From NCBI GenBank assembly GCA_951406725.2, contig OX597827.1:44764001-44828000 (forward strand): a stretch of DNA of 64,000 nt, given 5' to 3'. The stretch is from Octopus vulgaris (lineage: Eukaryota). Below, piece after piece: positions 1-13,984 of the stretch. Made by a program: the position numbers and the translations under genes. Each line of letters starts with the position of its first letter. Position 1 is the first letter of the stretch. Under the pieces are notes generated by a model. It had not been told where the DNA came from and ran no database searches. It saw nothing but the letters and a program-made list of their open reading frames with translations.

Positions 1-167
1 GATACTGGTATGTTTACACCCCATAACTTAGCGGTTCAGCAAAAGAGGCCGATAGAATAAATACTAGGCTTCCAAAGAATAAGTCTTGAGGTCGATTTGC
101 TCAACTAAAAGGCTGTGCTTCAGCATGGCTGCAGTCAAATGACTGAAACGAGTAAAAGAGTAAAGAG

Positions 168-168
<1 letters not shown>
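1..168 (+). mobile_element. 3' part of major tRNA-derived SINE (family A)
   Basis: Matches the 3' half of full copies at 7379-7803 and 32292-32690 (GTAACTTAGCGGTTC...CAGCATGGC...CAGTCAAATGACTGAAAC...GTAAAAGAG), followed by (TA)n. Confidence 0.85.
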
Positions 169-200
<32 letters not shown>

Positions 201-605
201 GACACTGAACTAGGAACCAATCCTGAGTTGGATCTACCGTTTGTATGGATTCGGTACCTGTGTGTATATATGCATTTGTCTATATGTAGATGTATATGTG
301 CACACTTTCAACATACAACCAGCTAATAGTAACTTCAGTCATTCCTGAGTATTGCACATCCAGTGTCCAACATTACCTAGCACCATACATGTTGAAATAC
401 CTAGATTCTAATGAATCCTGCTACTGAGGATATATATGTACGTATATGTGTGTGTGTATATTTATACATATGTGTGTGTTTGTGTATGTACTTAAATGTG
501 TGTACATACATGTATGTGTATGTGTGTATATGTGTACATATATGTATGTACATATATATGTCTGTATGTATGTGTGTACAAATATATGTATAAATACACA
601 CACAA

Positions 606-643
<38 letters not shown>

Positions 644-1359
644 TCACAGTCACATAGAACTTATTAGTGAGCTAGAATAATTCCCTGGGGTAGTTTAGCT
701 AAAATTGAAAAAAATATAACAAAAGGAAGATAACAATAGAAGGTTCATGAAGTTCAGAAAACCAATGGTTTTTGGCCATAATTAGTTGTTTATTGTTTGT
801 TGATTTCTCTACAAATCACATGATTTTTCAGCCACAATCTAATTGGTTCATATCTTTAAAAATCTTCAGATTTTCTTTCTTTCAAATTTGCATGTTTGTA
901 TATTTGTATTGAAATTATTAGCCGATAAAAACTGCCTTATATTTTAATGTGTGGGGCTTGTGTTTGCATGTGTATGCATGCATGTCCATTGGGGCATGTG
1001 TATGCATGCATGTCCATTGGAACAGTGAGGTCCATCTAGTCATCCTGGGCTTGGGTTTGGGGTTAGGGTTGGGCTTTGTAGGTACCTTGTTAACTGATCA
1101 GGCCAAGTCATAACTGGTAGGTTCTCTAGCAGTGTGGACAGAAAATGGTTGTGGAGATTTCTTGGTACTGGTTTTCATGGCCTGCTTGCATTGTTCAGCT
1201 GCATCAATCCCGTTGGTTTCACATGTTTGCATGTCCTTGCAGACTGCTGATCACTACTTGCTTCAGTCCTGAGCTATTAGCTCCCATGTGATATGGCTGA
1301 TGTACATACACACACGGTACACGCACACGCATAGTATGTATGTATCTACATATATAGAT

Positions 1360-1520
1360 GGTGATGAGCATGCCAGGTGAAATGTTTAGTGGTACTTTTA
1401 GTCATCCTAATGTTTTGAGTTCAAATTCCATCAAGATTGACTTTGTCTTTCATCATTTTGGGGTCAATAAAATAAGTACCATTTGAGCACTGGGGTCAGT
1501 GTAATTGACTTTTAACTGCT
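1360..1520 (+). mobile_element. Degenerate SINE family B copy
   Basis: GAGTTCAAATTCC B-box-like motif and CTTTCATC...GGGGTCAATAAAATAAGTACC body shared with 16741-16940 and 58776-58990. Confidence 0.7.
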
Positions 1521-1559
1521 CTTGGGTAAGCATGTAAAAGCTGTACCCCTTTGTCAAGC

Positions 1560-1766
1560 CAGGGTGGCCCTCGTGTCGGTGGCACATAAAAGCACCCACT
1601 ATACTCTTGGAGTGGTTAGCATTAGGAAGGGCATCCAGCTGTAGAAACTCTGCCAGATCAAGATTGGAGCCTGGTGCAGCCATCTGGTTCGCCAGTCCTC
1701 AGTCAAATTGTCCAACCCATGCTAACATGGAATATGGATGTTAAACGATGTTGATGATGATGATGA
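1560..1766 (+). mobile_element. Family C non-autonomous retroelement with (TGA)n tail
   Basis: GGAAGGGCATCCAGCTGTAGAAAC...CCAACCCATGCTA.CATGG...GTTAAACGATGTTGATGATGA; homologous to 22303-22722 and to reverse copies at 16066-16290 and 31855-32102. An RTE relationship is inferred from the (TGA)n tail. Confidence 0.75.
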
Positions 1767-1769
1767 CCG

Positions 1770-2172
1770 TTTGGTTAAAAAGTTCATCTCCCAATCCCAC
1801 AGTTTTAGGCTCGGTTCCACTGCATGGCACATTGGCCAAGTGTCTTCTACTATAGCCCTGGACTGACCAAAGCTTTGTGAGTAGGTTTGGCACATGGAAA
1901 CTGAAAGAATCCTATTGTGTGTGTGCGTGTGTGTCCCCTTGTCTTGACATTGTGCAATAATCGTAAGCAAGTGTCACTGTCATACAAGCAGTGTTGCTCA
2001 TTCCCGGTCTTCCATGAAAACATGTCCTGTCATGGAGGGAATATTACCTTGCTTGGAATTACAAGTGAGGGTTATTGACTGGAAGGGCATCCAACCATAG
2101 AAAATCTGCGAATTCCGCCTGACCCATGCAAGCATGGAAAAAGAAAATGTTAAGACAACACCAACAATGATG
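1770..2172 (+). mobile_element. SINE with family A head and family C-type tail (family A/C)
   Basis: Head CCAAGTGTCTTCTACTATAGC...GGAAACTGAAAGAA, (TG)n spacer, distinct middle, then GGAAGGGCATCC...ACCCATGCAAGCATGGAAAA; also seen at 12520-12783, 47050-47730 and 56385-56730. Confidence 0.7.
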
Positions 2173-2735
2173 GCCGTGTGTGCATGTGTGCGCTTATATA
2201 TTGCTGTATGCATAACAGTCGCACTTATTGTATTTTATTTGCGTTTTGGATCGGTGATAGATGGTTCATTCATTTATTTATTATTTATTTACTTTATTTT
2301 TCCATTTTTATTAAAAAAAAAAAAAAAAAAGGACACCAAAATATTTTCCTGTTTCATTAGAAAGCTTAAATGCTTGGGGCAGAAGTGATATTTCTTGCGT
2401 CTAATTGTGAAAAACACAAGCTTTACAGCAGAGAAAGAAATGTGGAGGTGGAGCGAGCGGGGGTTGGGGGGAAGCACGAAACCAATGACAACAACAAGAC
2501 AACAACAAAAATAGCAATAAGTTAAAAAAAAAACACAAACAGACAAGCATGAAACGAGAATGAAACTTTATTAATTTGTAGGTATTCATTAAATTTGTAA
2601 TATCGATTTTATAATGTATTATAGAGGAGGGAAGGTGGGTATTTTTGTTGTTAGTTTTTTTTATCTTTGTTAGTTCCTTTAATATTTTATTTCTTAATCT
2701 TAATGTCGGCAGAAATAAACAAAAGCTCTAAAATT

Positions 2736-2778
<43 letters not shown>

Positions 2779-2784
2779 AATCTT

Positions 2785-2822
<38 letters not shown>

Positions 2823-2863
2823 ATACATCTTATACATATATACATCCACACACACACACACAT

Positions 2864-2905
<42 letters not shown>

Positions 2906-3045
2906 CATACACACACTACACACATGCATGAATGCACACACATACATAGTGCCTGTTGTTTGAGAATGTGTTTGTGTATGTATACAGACATCAACATACA
3001 TATATATGAACACACACATATACATACATACATACATACATACAC

Positions 3046-3090
<45 letters not shown>

Positions 3091-4435
3091 CATACAGACA
3101 CATACACACACACATACATACATACATACATATATATATGCATGCACAGAAAATCACACACACAGAGCGTTTGTTTAAAAGATATATAAAGTTAGTGAAT
3201 CACATCTTGGTATTTATTTTTAATTTTCCTTTGTGCTCACTCTCTCTGACTTTTCTCTCTCTCTCTCTCTGACTTTTCTCTCTCTCTCTCTCACAATCTC
3301 TCTCTCTCATTCTCACTCCCCTTCCTCACACGCATACCCTCTCATCCGTTAATAATTCTGTTTAAAAATCAATACAAGGACAGTCTTGTAAAATAAACAC
3401 TTAGGATGAAACAAGACTGATTGGTGGCTGCGTTGATGGTGTATGGGATGATGTTGGCAGTGGTGGCTGGTGGTTGTAGTCAAGGTTGTTGTTGTGGCGG
3501 TGTTTCAAATCTTCTGGTAGCAAGTGGTACGGATGGTAATGACCAAGGTGGTGGTGTTGTTGCTATGGTGGTGTTACTGTTTTGCTCCAGTTCAACAGTG
3601 ATTGAGCAAATAGACCTATGATCAATGATGCTCCAACAATGACCATCCCATCTTTTATTCAAATTGTATAGCTAAAGTCTATTCTAATTATTCCAATAAG
3701 TTTCTATAACAGTAGCCTGCGATTTGAGTGACATCTGGCTGTTATTTCTAACAATTCGGTTGACTACCTAAAGGCTTCTTTGACTAAGGTAACCATGTAA
3801 AAGCCTCAGAGTTCAATTCTTCTCTCTATGGGTTTCAATTAAGGCTTTTTCTCTCATAGTCTCAACCACCATCTTGGCTATCATTCATCATCATCATCAT
3901 TGTCATTGTTACAGGCATCATTTCTACTAGTAGAATTACTATGCTGTCACTGACAGCAATTCATCATTATCATACCATCAGCAGCATCACCATCACCACC
4001 ACCACCACCATCACCACCACCCCTATGGTTACCATCATCACCACAACCATACTAACACTGCTATTATCATCTTCTCTTCCATCGTTACTATCAGCATCAC
4101 TGTCACCACTATAGACGCTATACTATTAACTATCATCATCATCATTATCATCATCTCTACCTTTACCTTTTTACATCCGTCGTCGCTGCCATCGCTACTT
4201 CCATTATACTATTAGTGCCACTTAGCCTTCACCACCATTACCATTATCAATTATCACGACCACCATCAATATCCTTCCCTATCACCCACTTAGAAAAGGG
4301 ATGGATAAGCTCTGTGACAATCATCGCAGATGGAGTCATCCCTCTCCAGCAGCACACATCATTACAACTCTAGTTATATATGTATATGTGCACCATGGCG
4401 TATGTGTATGCATTGTGTATATCACTGCACTATGC

Positions 4436-4548
<113 letters not shown>

Positions 4549-5087
4549 TTTTCCCTCTCTCTTTCTCTCACTCATTCACTCACTCTGTATAAATGGCTTC
4601 CTCTGTGAAAATTCATTTATGCAGGTGAAACACTCTTCAAATCTAGTAGCTCATAAACTTAGCATATTTTATCATTTCTCCCAGGGGTGCTGATCTGACA
4701 TATGCCAGTCTCAGCTAAGTGAATAATTATTTATTATCTCTTTATGCCACTTTTATTTTTGCATTGGAAGCCTCGCCTTGAAATGCAAATTATGTCCAAG
4801 ATTGAATGACTAGCCACATCAACGCTGGCTCCACATTCCTGCTTTCCTATCACAAGTGTGACCCCTTCTTCCACTTTCATCTTGACAGATATGATCAACC
4901 CTCACCCATTACTCAAATTCTGAACACACTGTGCCAGTCTAAGCTTCCCACTCCATGTTTAGGAATCCATACACTCTAAACAAACCAACCCGCCTGTCAT
5001 CATCTTCTCTTCTTTCCTACCATCTAACTGAGAGCTCTTTTAGCAGCAATACAAAGAGATGTGAGTCCAAGCTCTAGCAATGTAGAG

Positions 5088-5284
5088 CATTGCTCTGCAA
5101 CCTTTTTTTTTTTTTTTCTCACTTGTGGTACACTTGTATTCTTTCCAAAATTTGGTGGCACACCTGAGCTAAAAATATAGCTAATAGTATCGGGGAAAAA
5201 ATTACATTCAGGTTACACTACGGCACACCTAGCATCATCTTGTGGGACACCAGTGTGCCATGGCATAACCGTTGCAGAGCACTG
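5088..5284. mobile_element. hAT (Charlie-like) MITE
   Basis: TIRs CATTGCTCTGCAAC / GTTGCAGAGCACTG; 8-bp flanks ATGTAGAG / ATGTAGGG fit a TSD with one mismatch. Confidence 0.8.
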
Positions 5285-5869
5285 ATGTAGGGAACAGTAA
5301 GTCTGAATGATGTGTTATAAAGGGAAGATATAGTCTCTGCTAGTTGCTGTAATGGCAACCTCTCTTAGAAAGCAGAAATTTGAATTAAAATTTTTATGGA
5401 ACAGACTAAGCTCTGCAAGCCACAATGAAGACAACTCATCTAGGAGACCAGCGGCTTTGTATAAAAACTTGAATAGTGTGAAGGGGAGCAGTTTAGTGCT
5501 GATGTACAACTCCTGTGTCGATAGCATAGTTTAAGAACATTTACTTCGTGTTGGAAAGTGGTTGGTGATAGGAAGATGAGCCAACCACGAAAGTCATGCC
5601 AATTGCAATGAGAAATTGGAGTTGTACTTATACAGGTCTAACGCAATGAACATGTTACTATTTGGCTTGATAGGTGGTTCGTCTAGTCATCAATCAATCA
5701 ATCAATCAACCTTCAATGTAGTTGAAAAATCAGTTTCAATCAGTCAGAATTCACAGTATGGATTATACTATTCATCCTTTTGATTGCTGAATACAAAAAC
5801 ATTGTTTGCAAGACCTTTTTTGGGTCATTTGTCTGAGTCACCGTCTCATCTTTGTATGTCAGTCTGTCA

Positions 5870-6016
5870 CAAAGTTACCCATTTACATCTGAGTGGACTG
5901 GGGCAATGTGAAATGAGGTATTTTACTGAAGAACACAACACATAGCAGGTCTGGGAATCGAAAGCCTGATCTCGCAGTCTTCAGTGCAAAACTCTAACTG
6001 CTAGGCCACATGCCTT
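5870..6016 (-). mobile_element. Degenerate tRNA-derived SINE
   Basis: Minus-strand head GAAGGCATGTGGCCTAGCAGTTAG...TTTCGATTCCCAGAC, similar to the head of the SINE at 11672-11983. Confidence 0.55.
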
Positions 6017-6099
6017 CTGGTAGGAAACATCAGTCCATAACTGAGAACCTCAAGAGATCACATTAGCTTGAAGAGAAGCTAGTCATCAAACATATATAA

Positions 6100-6602
6100 T
6101 GCAGAGGGAAATTGAAAGAGAGTTGCCAATTTGCCAATGTTCTGTGATAAGAGTTTTAGAGGTTTGTAGTGTTCCATGTTGCAAAATATATCAGTGTGAA
6201 TCAAGATGGTATTTGAGAAAAGTGTGTACCGAATGATAGCAGCACTCTTGAAGATACTTGAAAATGCTACTTTGAGATGTTAAGGAATGAGCAGAATGCA
6301 AAAGGGAAAGAGCACCCCCAACTAGACTCATCAGAGCTATTGGAGTTGACAGTTATATATTGAAAGAACAATTAAGAATATGAAGGCAAAAAAAAAAATC
6401 TGGATTGTTAGGAGTTGCTAAGATACTGAAAATATTGGCAAAGTAGTATAATCAGTTACAAGTGCAAAAGAGATGCTGGAAAGAAGCAATTATGAGGGCA
6501 TCAAACTGATGGAGGAAGTTATGAAAGTCACAAAAGGGATTACAGAAAAATTGACTACAAGGAGAATTTAGTTTGAGTGAGATGCAGTTTGGGTTTGTAC
6601 CA
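6100..6602 (+). mobile_element. Decayed RTE-clade LINE reverse transcriptase fragment
   Basis: Frameshifted translation near 6455-6600 reads YKCKRDA/LERSNYEGIKLMEEVMKV...MQFGFVP, matching the RTE motif YKGKGD...NYRGIKLL...MQFGF. The 5' boundary is uncertain. Confidence 0.7.
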
Positions 6603-6676
6603 CTTTGGGAACCCACATCCTGCTGATGCCCACTTCCTTTTTTTTGTCTGCTTTTCTATGCTTGCATGGGTTAGAC

Positions 6677-6930
6677 TAGTATTTCTCAACCATTTTTTTT
6701 TTACCTATGCACCCCTTTGATTCCCGTTCTATTCAGATGGTCTCAGTTAGCCATTCCATGTTAAAAAAATATATATCTTTATAATTAAATGTTATTGCGA
6801 GTTATATTAAAACACTGTTAAAATATTTTGTGCATGGTAGACGTATCACCAATTAATTTCAGGTAAATTTTAACAGCAAAATCTTATATGAACTCTTAAA
6901 GGCCATATTAATCCTGGTTGAGAATTACTG
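6677..6930. mobile_element. hAT (Charlie-like) MITE
   Basis: TIRs TAGTATTTCTCAACC / GGTTGAGAATTACTG; diverged 8-bp flanks GGTTAGAC / GGCTAGAT. The left subterminal sequence matches the reverse complement of 56017-56057. Confidence 0.7.
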
Positions 6931-7378
6931 GGCTAGATAAATAACATTGTTTTTCAGCCAGATACCCTTACTATTGCTTGTTTTCCAAATCAGGGTTTAT
7001 TTTAGAAACCTCTTCTAAAGGGTAGAGCTTAGAGATGATTTCTTGACAGAGTACAACAAGCATCATGGTTTCTAGCTAAGCACTTTTTCAGGCAAATAGT
7101 CACACACACACACACACACATTGGGTTTTGTACTGTTGCCTTCCACCAAATTTACTCAGAAAGTATTGACCCCAGTACTAGAGAAGAAAATACATTTTCA
7201 AGGTATGTGCAGTGGGACTGAACCTAAAACCACATTGTTGAGAAGCAAGCTTTTTAATCATACACTATGCCTATATATACATACCATTCATACATGTGTG
7301 TGTGTGTGTATATGCATGTGTGTGTGTGTGTGTGTGCGTATATGCATGTGTATGAATCTGGATATATATTCACATGTA

Positions 7379-7541
7379 GGCGTGGGAGTGGCTGTGTGGT
7401 AAGTAGCCTGCTTACCAATCACATGGTTCCAGGTTCAGTCCCACTGCGTGGCACCTTGGGCAAGAGTCTTCTACTATAGTTTTGGGCCGACCAAAGCCTT
7501 TTTGAGTGGATTTGGTAGACGGAAACTGAAAGAAGCCTGTC

Positions 7542-7589
<48 letters not shown>

Positions 7590-7803
7590 TTGTGTATATG
7601 TTTGTGTGTCTGTGATTGTCCCCCCAACATCACTTGACAGCCGATGGTGGTGTGTTTACTTCCCTGTAACTTAGCAGTTTGGCAAAAGAGACCAATAGAA
7701 TAAGTACTAGGCTTACAAAGAATAAGTCCTGGGGACAATTTGCTCGACTACAGGCAGTGCTCCAGCATGGCCACCGTCAAATGACTGAAACAAGTAAAAG
7801 AGT
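7379..7803 (+). mobile_element. Full-length tRNA-derived SINE family A
   Basis: A-box-like TGGCTGTGTGG, B-box-like GGTTCAGTCCC, CCTTGGGCAAG CORE-like motif, internal (TA)n/(TG)n, GTAAAAGAG tail; many homologous copies in the window. Confidence 0.9.
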
Positions 7804-8281
7804 ATGTATGAATGTGGATATATGTACATAAATATGTTACGTACATGTGGAATCGTGTGTATGATGCACATATATGCATACAATATAGATACACTTGTAT
7901 ATAAGTGTATATATATATATATAAAACATTGGTTTAAAATAATACTGATGTCTTCTGTCATCTTAATTAAACTTTATGTTGCTCCAAAACTTCACTGTTG
8001 CAGTTGTAATTTTGTTATTACTGGCATTGTTGTTGTTGTTTGTTATCTTTTCTGCTTGTTCATATATTTTTCAGATTTCAGTATGTATGCATGTATATAT
8101 GTGTAATATAGACAGAAAGGAAATCTGTTTTGAATGTTGCATATTAATTCATGTATTTTATTTATATCTAATTTTTTACATTTTAATTCTATTTTTCACA
8201 CTCGAACATTTTTTTTTATGCATAAATTTTATTCTTTTGCATAATATATTTTATTATTATTGTTGTCGTTGTTGTTGTCAA

Positions 8282-8460
8282 GATAGTGAGCTGGCAAAAT
8301 GGTTAGCATGCTGGACAAAATGCATAAACAGTATTTCTTGGCTTTCGTTCTGAGTTCAAATTGCACCGTGGTTGACTTTGCCTGTCATCCTTTCGTAGTC
8401 GATGTAATCAACTAGTCCCCTCCCCCCAAAATTTCAGGCCTTGTGCCTCCAGTAGAAAGG
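8282..8460 (+). mobile_element. SINE family B ending in (ATT)n
   Basis: GAGCTGGCAAAATGGTTAGCA...GAGTTCAAATT...CAGGCCTTGTGCC...GAAAGG then ATTATTATT. Confidence 0.75.
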
Positions 8461-8565
8461 ATTATTATTATTATTATTACATACGCACACATTCTTTGTT
8501 TTGTCCTGTACTGTCTGTAATGTTTTTCTTAATGTAAACCCTTGTGGTTAATAAAGAAAGCATTA

Positions 8566-8597
<32 letters not shown>

Positions 8598-8606
8598 TTT
8601 ATTATT

Positions 8607-9172
8607 CAGCGAAAGAGAACAGTGCATGTCATCAAAGTGACAGTGAGGTAAAATATACGAAGTCCAATACACCCATTATGACTACATGTCTGATAAGGGT
8701 ACACCAGGCACATGCATCACAGTCATGTGCGTGACATAGTAATCTCATATCATGATAAACAATGCATGAACTTGCAGGTGGGCCCCAGTTAGAATTTTCT
8801 GCAGGTCGAGTAGCCCATCCTGCTCAAAAGGTCCCTGAATAATGGTTGTTTAAAGGATGTTGAACGAAACACCCATGTTTCTGAAGGTGAATTACTCAAA
8901 CCTCAAAGAATTCCTCTCAACACATGGCTATGATGCTCCTCCACTACTTCTGCTCATGATCAGAAATGCACATATTGTCAGCCACTAAGGGATATACTCA
9001 ACTAGTTATGGTCAAGCAACTGAGAACTGGCAAGCAAATCTGTGGTATTGAACACAATATTTGCTGTAGACTATCTTTTATACCAAGACAAAAAAAATGT
9101 ACATGATAACACTTCCAATCAGTTAAGATCAGAAGCCATGAGAGCCTCTGCCTGATACTGCATCAGGGCATT
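8607..9172. mobile_element. Unclassified ~570-bp complex sequence embedded in a (TTA)n array (probable TE insertion)
   Basis: Non-repetitive block bounded on both sides by (TTA)n, with no long ORF. Assignment to a (TAA)n-targeting R4/Dong-type retroelement UTR is inference only. Confidence 0.45.
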
Positions 9173-10512
9173 TATTATTATTATCATTATTATTATAAGT
9201 AGTAGTAGTAGTTGTTGTTGTTGTTTTTGCAATGGTATAATCAGAATTAATGATAATCATGATGGTGGTGTTTCTGTTTGTGGATTTGCTGGTGTTAGAG
9301 TGATGGTGGCGGTGTTGGTGGAAGTGAATGAGGCAAAGGTGACATTGTTGGTAGCATTTGATTTGAAGACTGTAGTGGTGGTGGTGGTGATGGTGGTGGT
9401 GCTAGAGCAGTGGCTAATGTTGATGATGATGATGTGGATGTTGTTTAGCCCCAAGTAATTTCTTGATCAAGCAGTTGCTGCTTCTGCTGACAACAACGAT
9501 GATGATGATGATATTGTTGGTGTTTAGGAGAATTTCAGACAGTGGCAGTGATAATGATCATAATGCCAGCACTTTATTATTATTATTATTATTTGTTCAT
9601 GTTTTTATTTTGTTTTGTTTTTTGTACATTTTATAAGATTTGAAACTAATGTTGTTATCATTATTTATTATCATTATTATTTATATCATTTTTATCGGTT
9701 TTTGTTGTGTATATTTTTTTCAAATATTCTTTTGCTATTTTTTAATTTTTTTTCATCTTCTTCTTCTTCTTTGCGTCTGCTTTTGACTTACGATCATATC
9801 ATCCATCTACCGTGATGGAAGACAAATAAATATCTAGCTGTCTTTGTTAGAAATGCAGCAATGATGCTGGTGATGATATTGTGATGCTGCTGCTGCTGCT
9901 GATGATGATGATGATGGAGATAATAATGATGGTTTGGAAGGTCTGGTGGTAGGAGTTTCCCAGCTTGATGTAAATACACACACACACACACTAACACATA
10001 CATTTTTGTGTTTGTGTGTGTGTCTGTCTGTCTGTCTACTGTCTATGTACACTTATGCTTAAGCTGAAAATATGTTTCCTTGTGACACATATGTGTAAAT
10101 GTGTGTTCATGTGTCCGTACAGAAACACACGGTCATAGACACTCTCAATGTACACATATACATGTTTGCTTACACAGACACACACACACAATCACATGTG
10201 CATACACATACTAATACACACGTGTGTGAATCTGTAGTCATAAACACTGCAAACTTTATCACACAAATACAAAAATTTGTGTTCTCATAAATATACCACA
10301 CACACACACACACATGCACACACACACTTACGCATTTGCATATGTATGCATACATCACAAGTATACGCACACAAAATATATGGATGCAAATTTGTTCTGA
10401 TTTCTAATGAAATTATTTCTGATACACGCACACAAACACACACACATGCATGCACACTCACTTTCATATAATATACATATGTATATATATGTGTGCTAGT
10501 GTGTGCATGCAT

Positions 10513-10990
<478 letters not shown>

Positions 10991-11671
10991 TGTAGACACG
11001 CACATATATGCGTGTGCATGTATATATGTATATATGTGTGTGTATGTATATGTATATATATATGTATATATTTATATATATATACACACACACATACTCA
11101 TGCATGCACACACAAGTACATACATACACAGTCTAATGGACACAAAAATTACCAGATGATGTTTATACTGAATTATTACAATATTGTTCTTCACTACACA
11201 CACATACTTGCAAGCACACACACTCACACACATACACACACAAGCACTATTGATAAGATTTAAAATTTTGCAAGTTCATTACCACAGTCTCATGTAGCTT
11301 TTTTGCACAGACTGTTTTTCTTTTTTGGCTTTTCTTTTTGAATTCTTAATAAGGTTTTTTTTTTTATCCGTTATGTGTTTGTGGAGTGAGGATACATGTA
11401 TGGGAAGTGAAATGGTGTTTGGTGCTTGTCACAGTTTGTTGTCCTTATGTGTGTATCAGGCAATGCATTCTGCAACTACTAGATTCTAGTCATCGTTGTC
11501 ATGATGATGATCATCATCATTGTTTTGGCATCTGTTTTTGAAGCCTACATGGGTTGGACAGAGTAGATTGAGGCACGTTTTCTGTGGCCAGATGCCTTTC
11601 CAGTCACCAATCCTCACCTGTAGGTAATATTTCCCTTTGGTCTGACAGGTTTTCTCAGAATATATATATAT

Positions 11672-11980
11672 ATCACCGTCACCGTGATCGACCAGGCTGT
11701 CAGATGTTGCTACACATCGCTGGTCACAATGCGCTTCGCATTGTTTTTTAGCCTTCAAATGACGCCACCCCGCTGGCTAAGCGAGCAGGCCAACAGAAGA
11801 AAGAGTGAGAGAAAGTTGTGGCGAAAGAGTACAGCAGGGTTCGCCACCACCCCCTGCCGGAGCTTCGTGGGGCTTTAGGTGTTTTCGCTCAATAAACACT
11901 CACAACTCCCTGTCTGGGAATCGAAATTGCGATCCTATGACTGCGAGTTCGCTGCCCTAATCACTGGGCCATTGCGCCTC

Positions 11981-11983
<3 letters not shown>
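11672..11983 (-). mobile_element. Young tRNA-derived SINE (family D) with RTE-LINE-like 3' tail
   Basis: Minus strand: GTGGAGGCGCAATGGCCCAGTGATTAGGGCAG (A box) ... TTTCGATTCCC (B box); CpG-rich; the tail TGTGACCAGCGATGT...CTGACAGCCTGGTCGATCACGGTGA resembles the RTE 3' end at 24966-25022. Confidence 0.85.
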
Positions 11984-12046
<63 letters not shown>

Positions 12047-12438
12047 TTTGGACTTTGGGCATCTGTTCTGTAGTATACCAATTAGTGTACTTTCACCATT
12101 TAGGCTACCTGGCGTCATCCACAGTTATGATATATTTGTCACTGGATCTATGTCAGGAATTCTACAGTGCTCATTGAGACTATAATGAGTGAGGGAAACT
12201 GAAAATGAGTTTAGCTAGAATCTTTATTCAACATAATGATCATTTCGATCCATCCTGAATTTGTCCCTTACAGGTGGGATCTCATACAGCTAGTTGAGTT
12301 GCATCCATCAATGACAAGTCACAGGCTGTGCCTTGTCACGTGTCTCATTTAGATAAGATACCTCACTACATATACTGAGCACAGTTGTGTTGCATAAAGA
12401 TACTTGCTAAATCCATTTTGCATTTCGCTCACTCATTT

Positions 12439-12534
<96 letters not shown>

Positions 12535-12964
12535 TGTCCTTGTATTGATGTCATGTGATAGTTGTAAACAAGTACCACTGTCATACATGCGGTGTCATTC
12601 ATTTCCAACATACTGAGAGAAGGACATATCTGACCATGGTGGTGGGGAATATTACTTTGCTTGGAATCAAGGTGAGGGCTGGCAGCAAGGTGGGCATCTG
12701 GCTGTGGAAAATCTACCATAATACATTCCATCTGACCCATGCAAGCATGGAAAAGTTGACATTAAAATGATGATGATGATGATTTGGAAAATTATTCTTT
12801 CTTCTGTCGTTGATTGTCTTATGGTGCTGTGTTTATGATGTGATATTTTCCTCACTGTCCAGTGGTTACATATGACTTATTTCTTCTGATGTAAGAGTTA
12901 TGGCATGGCAAATTCTAAAACTGACCATTTGACTGACTGACAGTTATACTGGACTGAGCATTTA

Positions 12965-13200
12965 TATGATGTTTGGTAGCAGTGTTAGGCTAGATATCTG
13001 TCTGGGTGACCGGCCGACTCATTTGGCAGCCATAATGAATGAGGTGTCTGTAGGCTTGACCAGCCTATTTGGCAATCATATCAAATTAATGTATTTGTAT
13101 TGTTGACCAATATAGCAGCTCTATTAAGGCTGAATGTTAGTGTGTAGTTGACCCATTTGGCAGCCATATTGAAAGTAGGTGATATTCTGAGTGACTCATC
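12965..13200. repeat. Degenerate ~45-bp tandem repeat
   Basis: GAC(C/T)CATTTGGCAGCCATA-like motif recurs at about 13016, 13058, 13105 and 13150, with a partial copy at 13193. Confidence 0.6.
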
Positions 13201-13984
13201 AATTGTTATATTAGACTTCTTTTTTTTCTTATCATTCTACTTTCATTCCCCTTTATCATTCTACTTTCATTTTCTTCTCTTTTTTTCCTTTCAGCCATTT
13301 TTCTTTTCATTCCTTTTTCTATTTTTTCTCCTCTTTCTTCTTGATTTTGTTTCTGCTTTTTTTTTTTTTGTCTTTTCCTTTCCATGTTCTTCTTCCATCT
13401 TATTTTTGTTCTCAGTTTGTCCTTTTCTTTTGTTTCCTATCCATCTATGGTTTCCCATCTCATTTTACTGAGATTCCTAAATAGCAACTATTTTGTTAGG
13501 CCTGTCTCATCAGAGGTCATGTTTTTGAGTGAGTCGCTGTCCTGGACCAAGTTGTAACCAAAGCTTGGTGTCTGGCATTTGCCATATTGCTAAATGTTCA
13601 TTCTATTTTACCAACCAAGTAATGCAATTAGTGGAATGCCTCCTTGACCATTCTATAAAGGGTTAATGGAGAAGAATATAAGCAATGGTAACCTGGGAAC
13701 AAATTTGGTCATTAATGAGGACAGTCTGAATAGTATCCTTTGAGGACATTCTGGTTAGAGACTTCTGAAGTTTATTGACCTGACAGTAAAACAAGAGTTA
13801 GGTGTGTTATACCAAGTCAGAATAAAATCTAGACACACGACAGTGCTGTCAGCCTGTGTGTAAAACAGCCATGGGCGACCTTATACCAGAAGCAAGCCAC
13901 ATGAGACATGGCTCATCATCTTTTTTTCACTGTTTTTGCAACCCATTTTGGTAAGGTTCCCTATTTGTTGTCCATGGTTTCTGT

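Noticed and set aside
1047-1075. Interstitial telomeric repeat
   Set aside because: There is only one exact TTAGGG within a short G-rich patch, too short to call.
7121-7961. Recurring ORF peptides such as [18 protein letters not shown] and GFFQFPSTKS
   Set aside because: They are conceptual translations of SINE family A; recurrence reflects repeat copy number, not a protein family.
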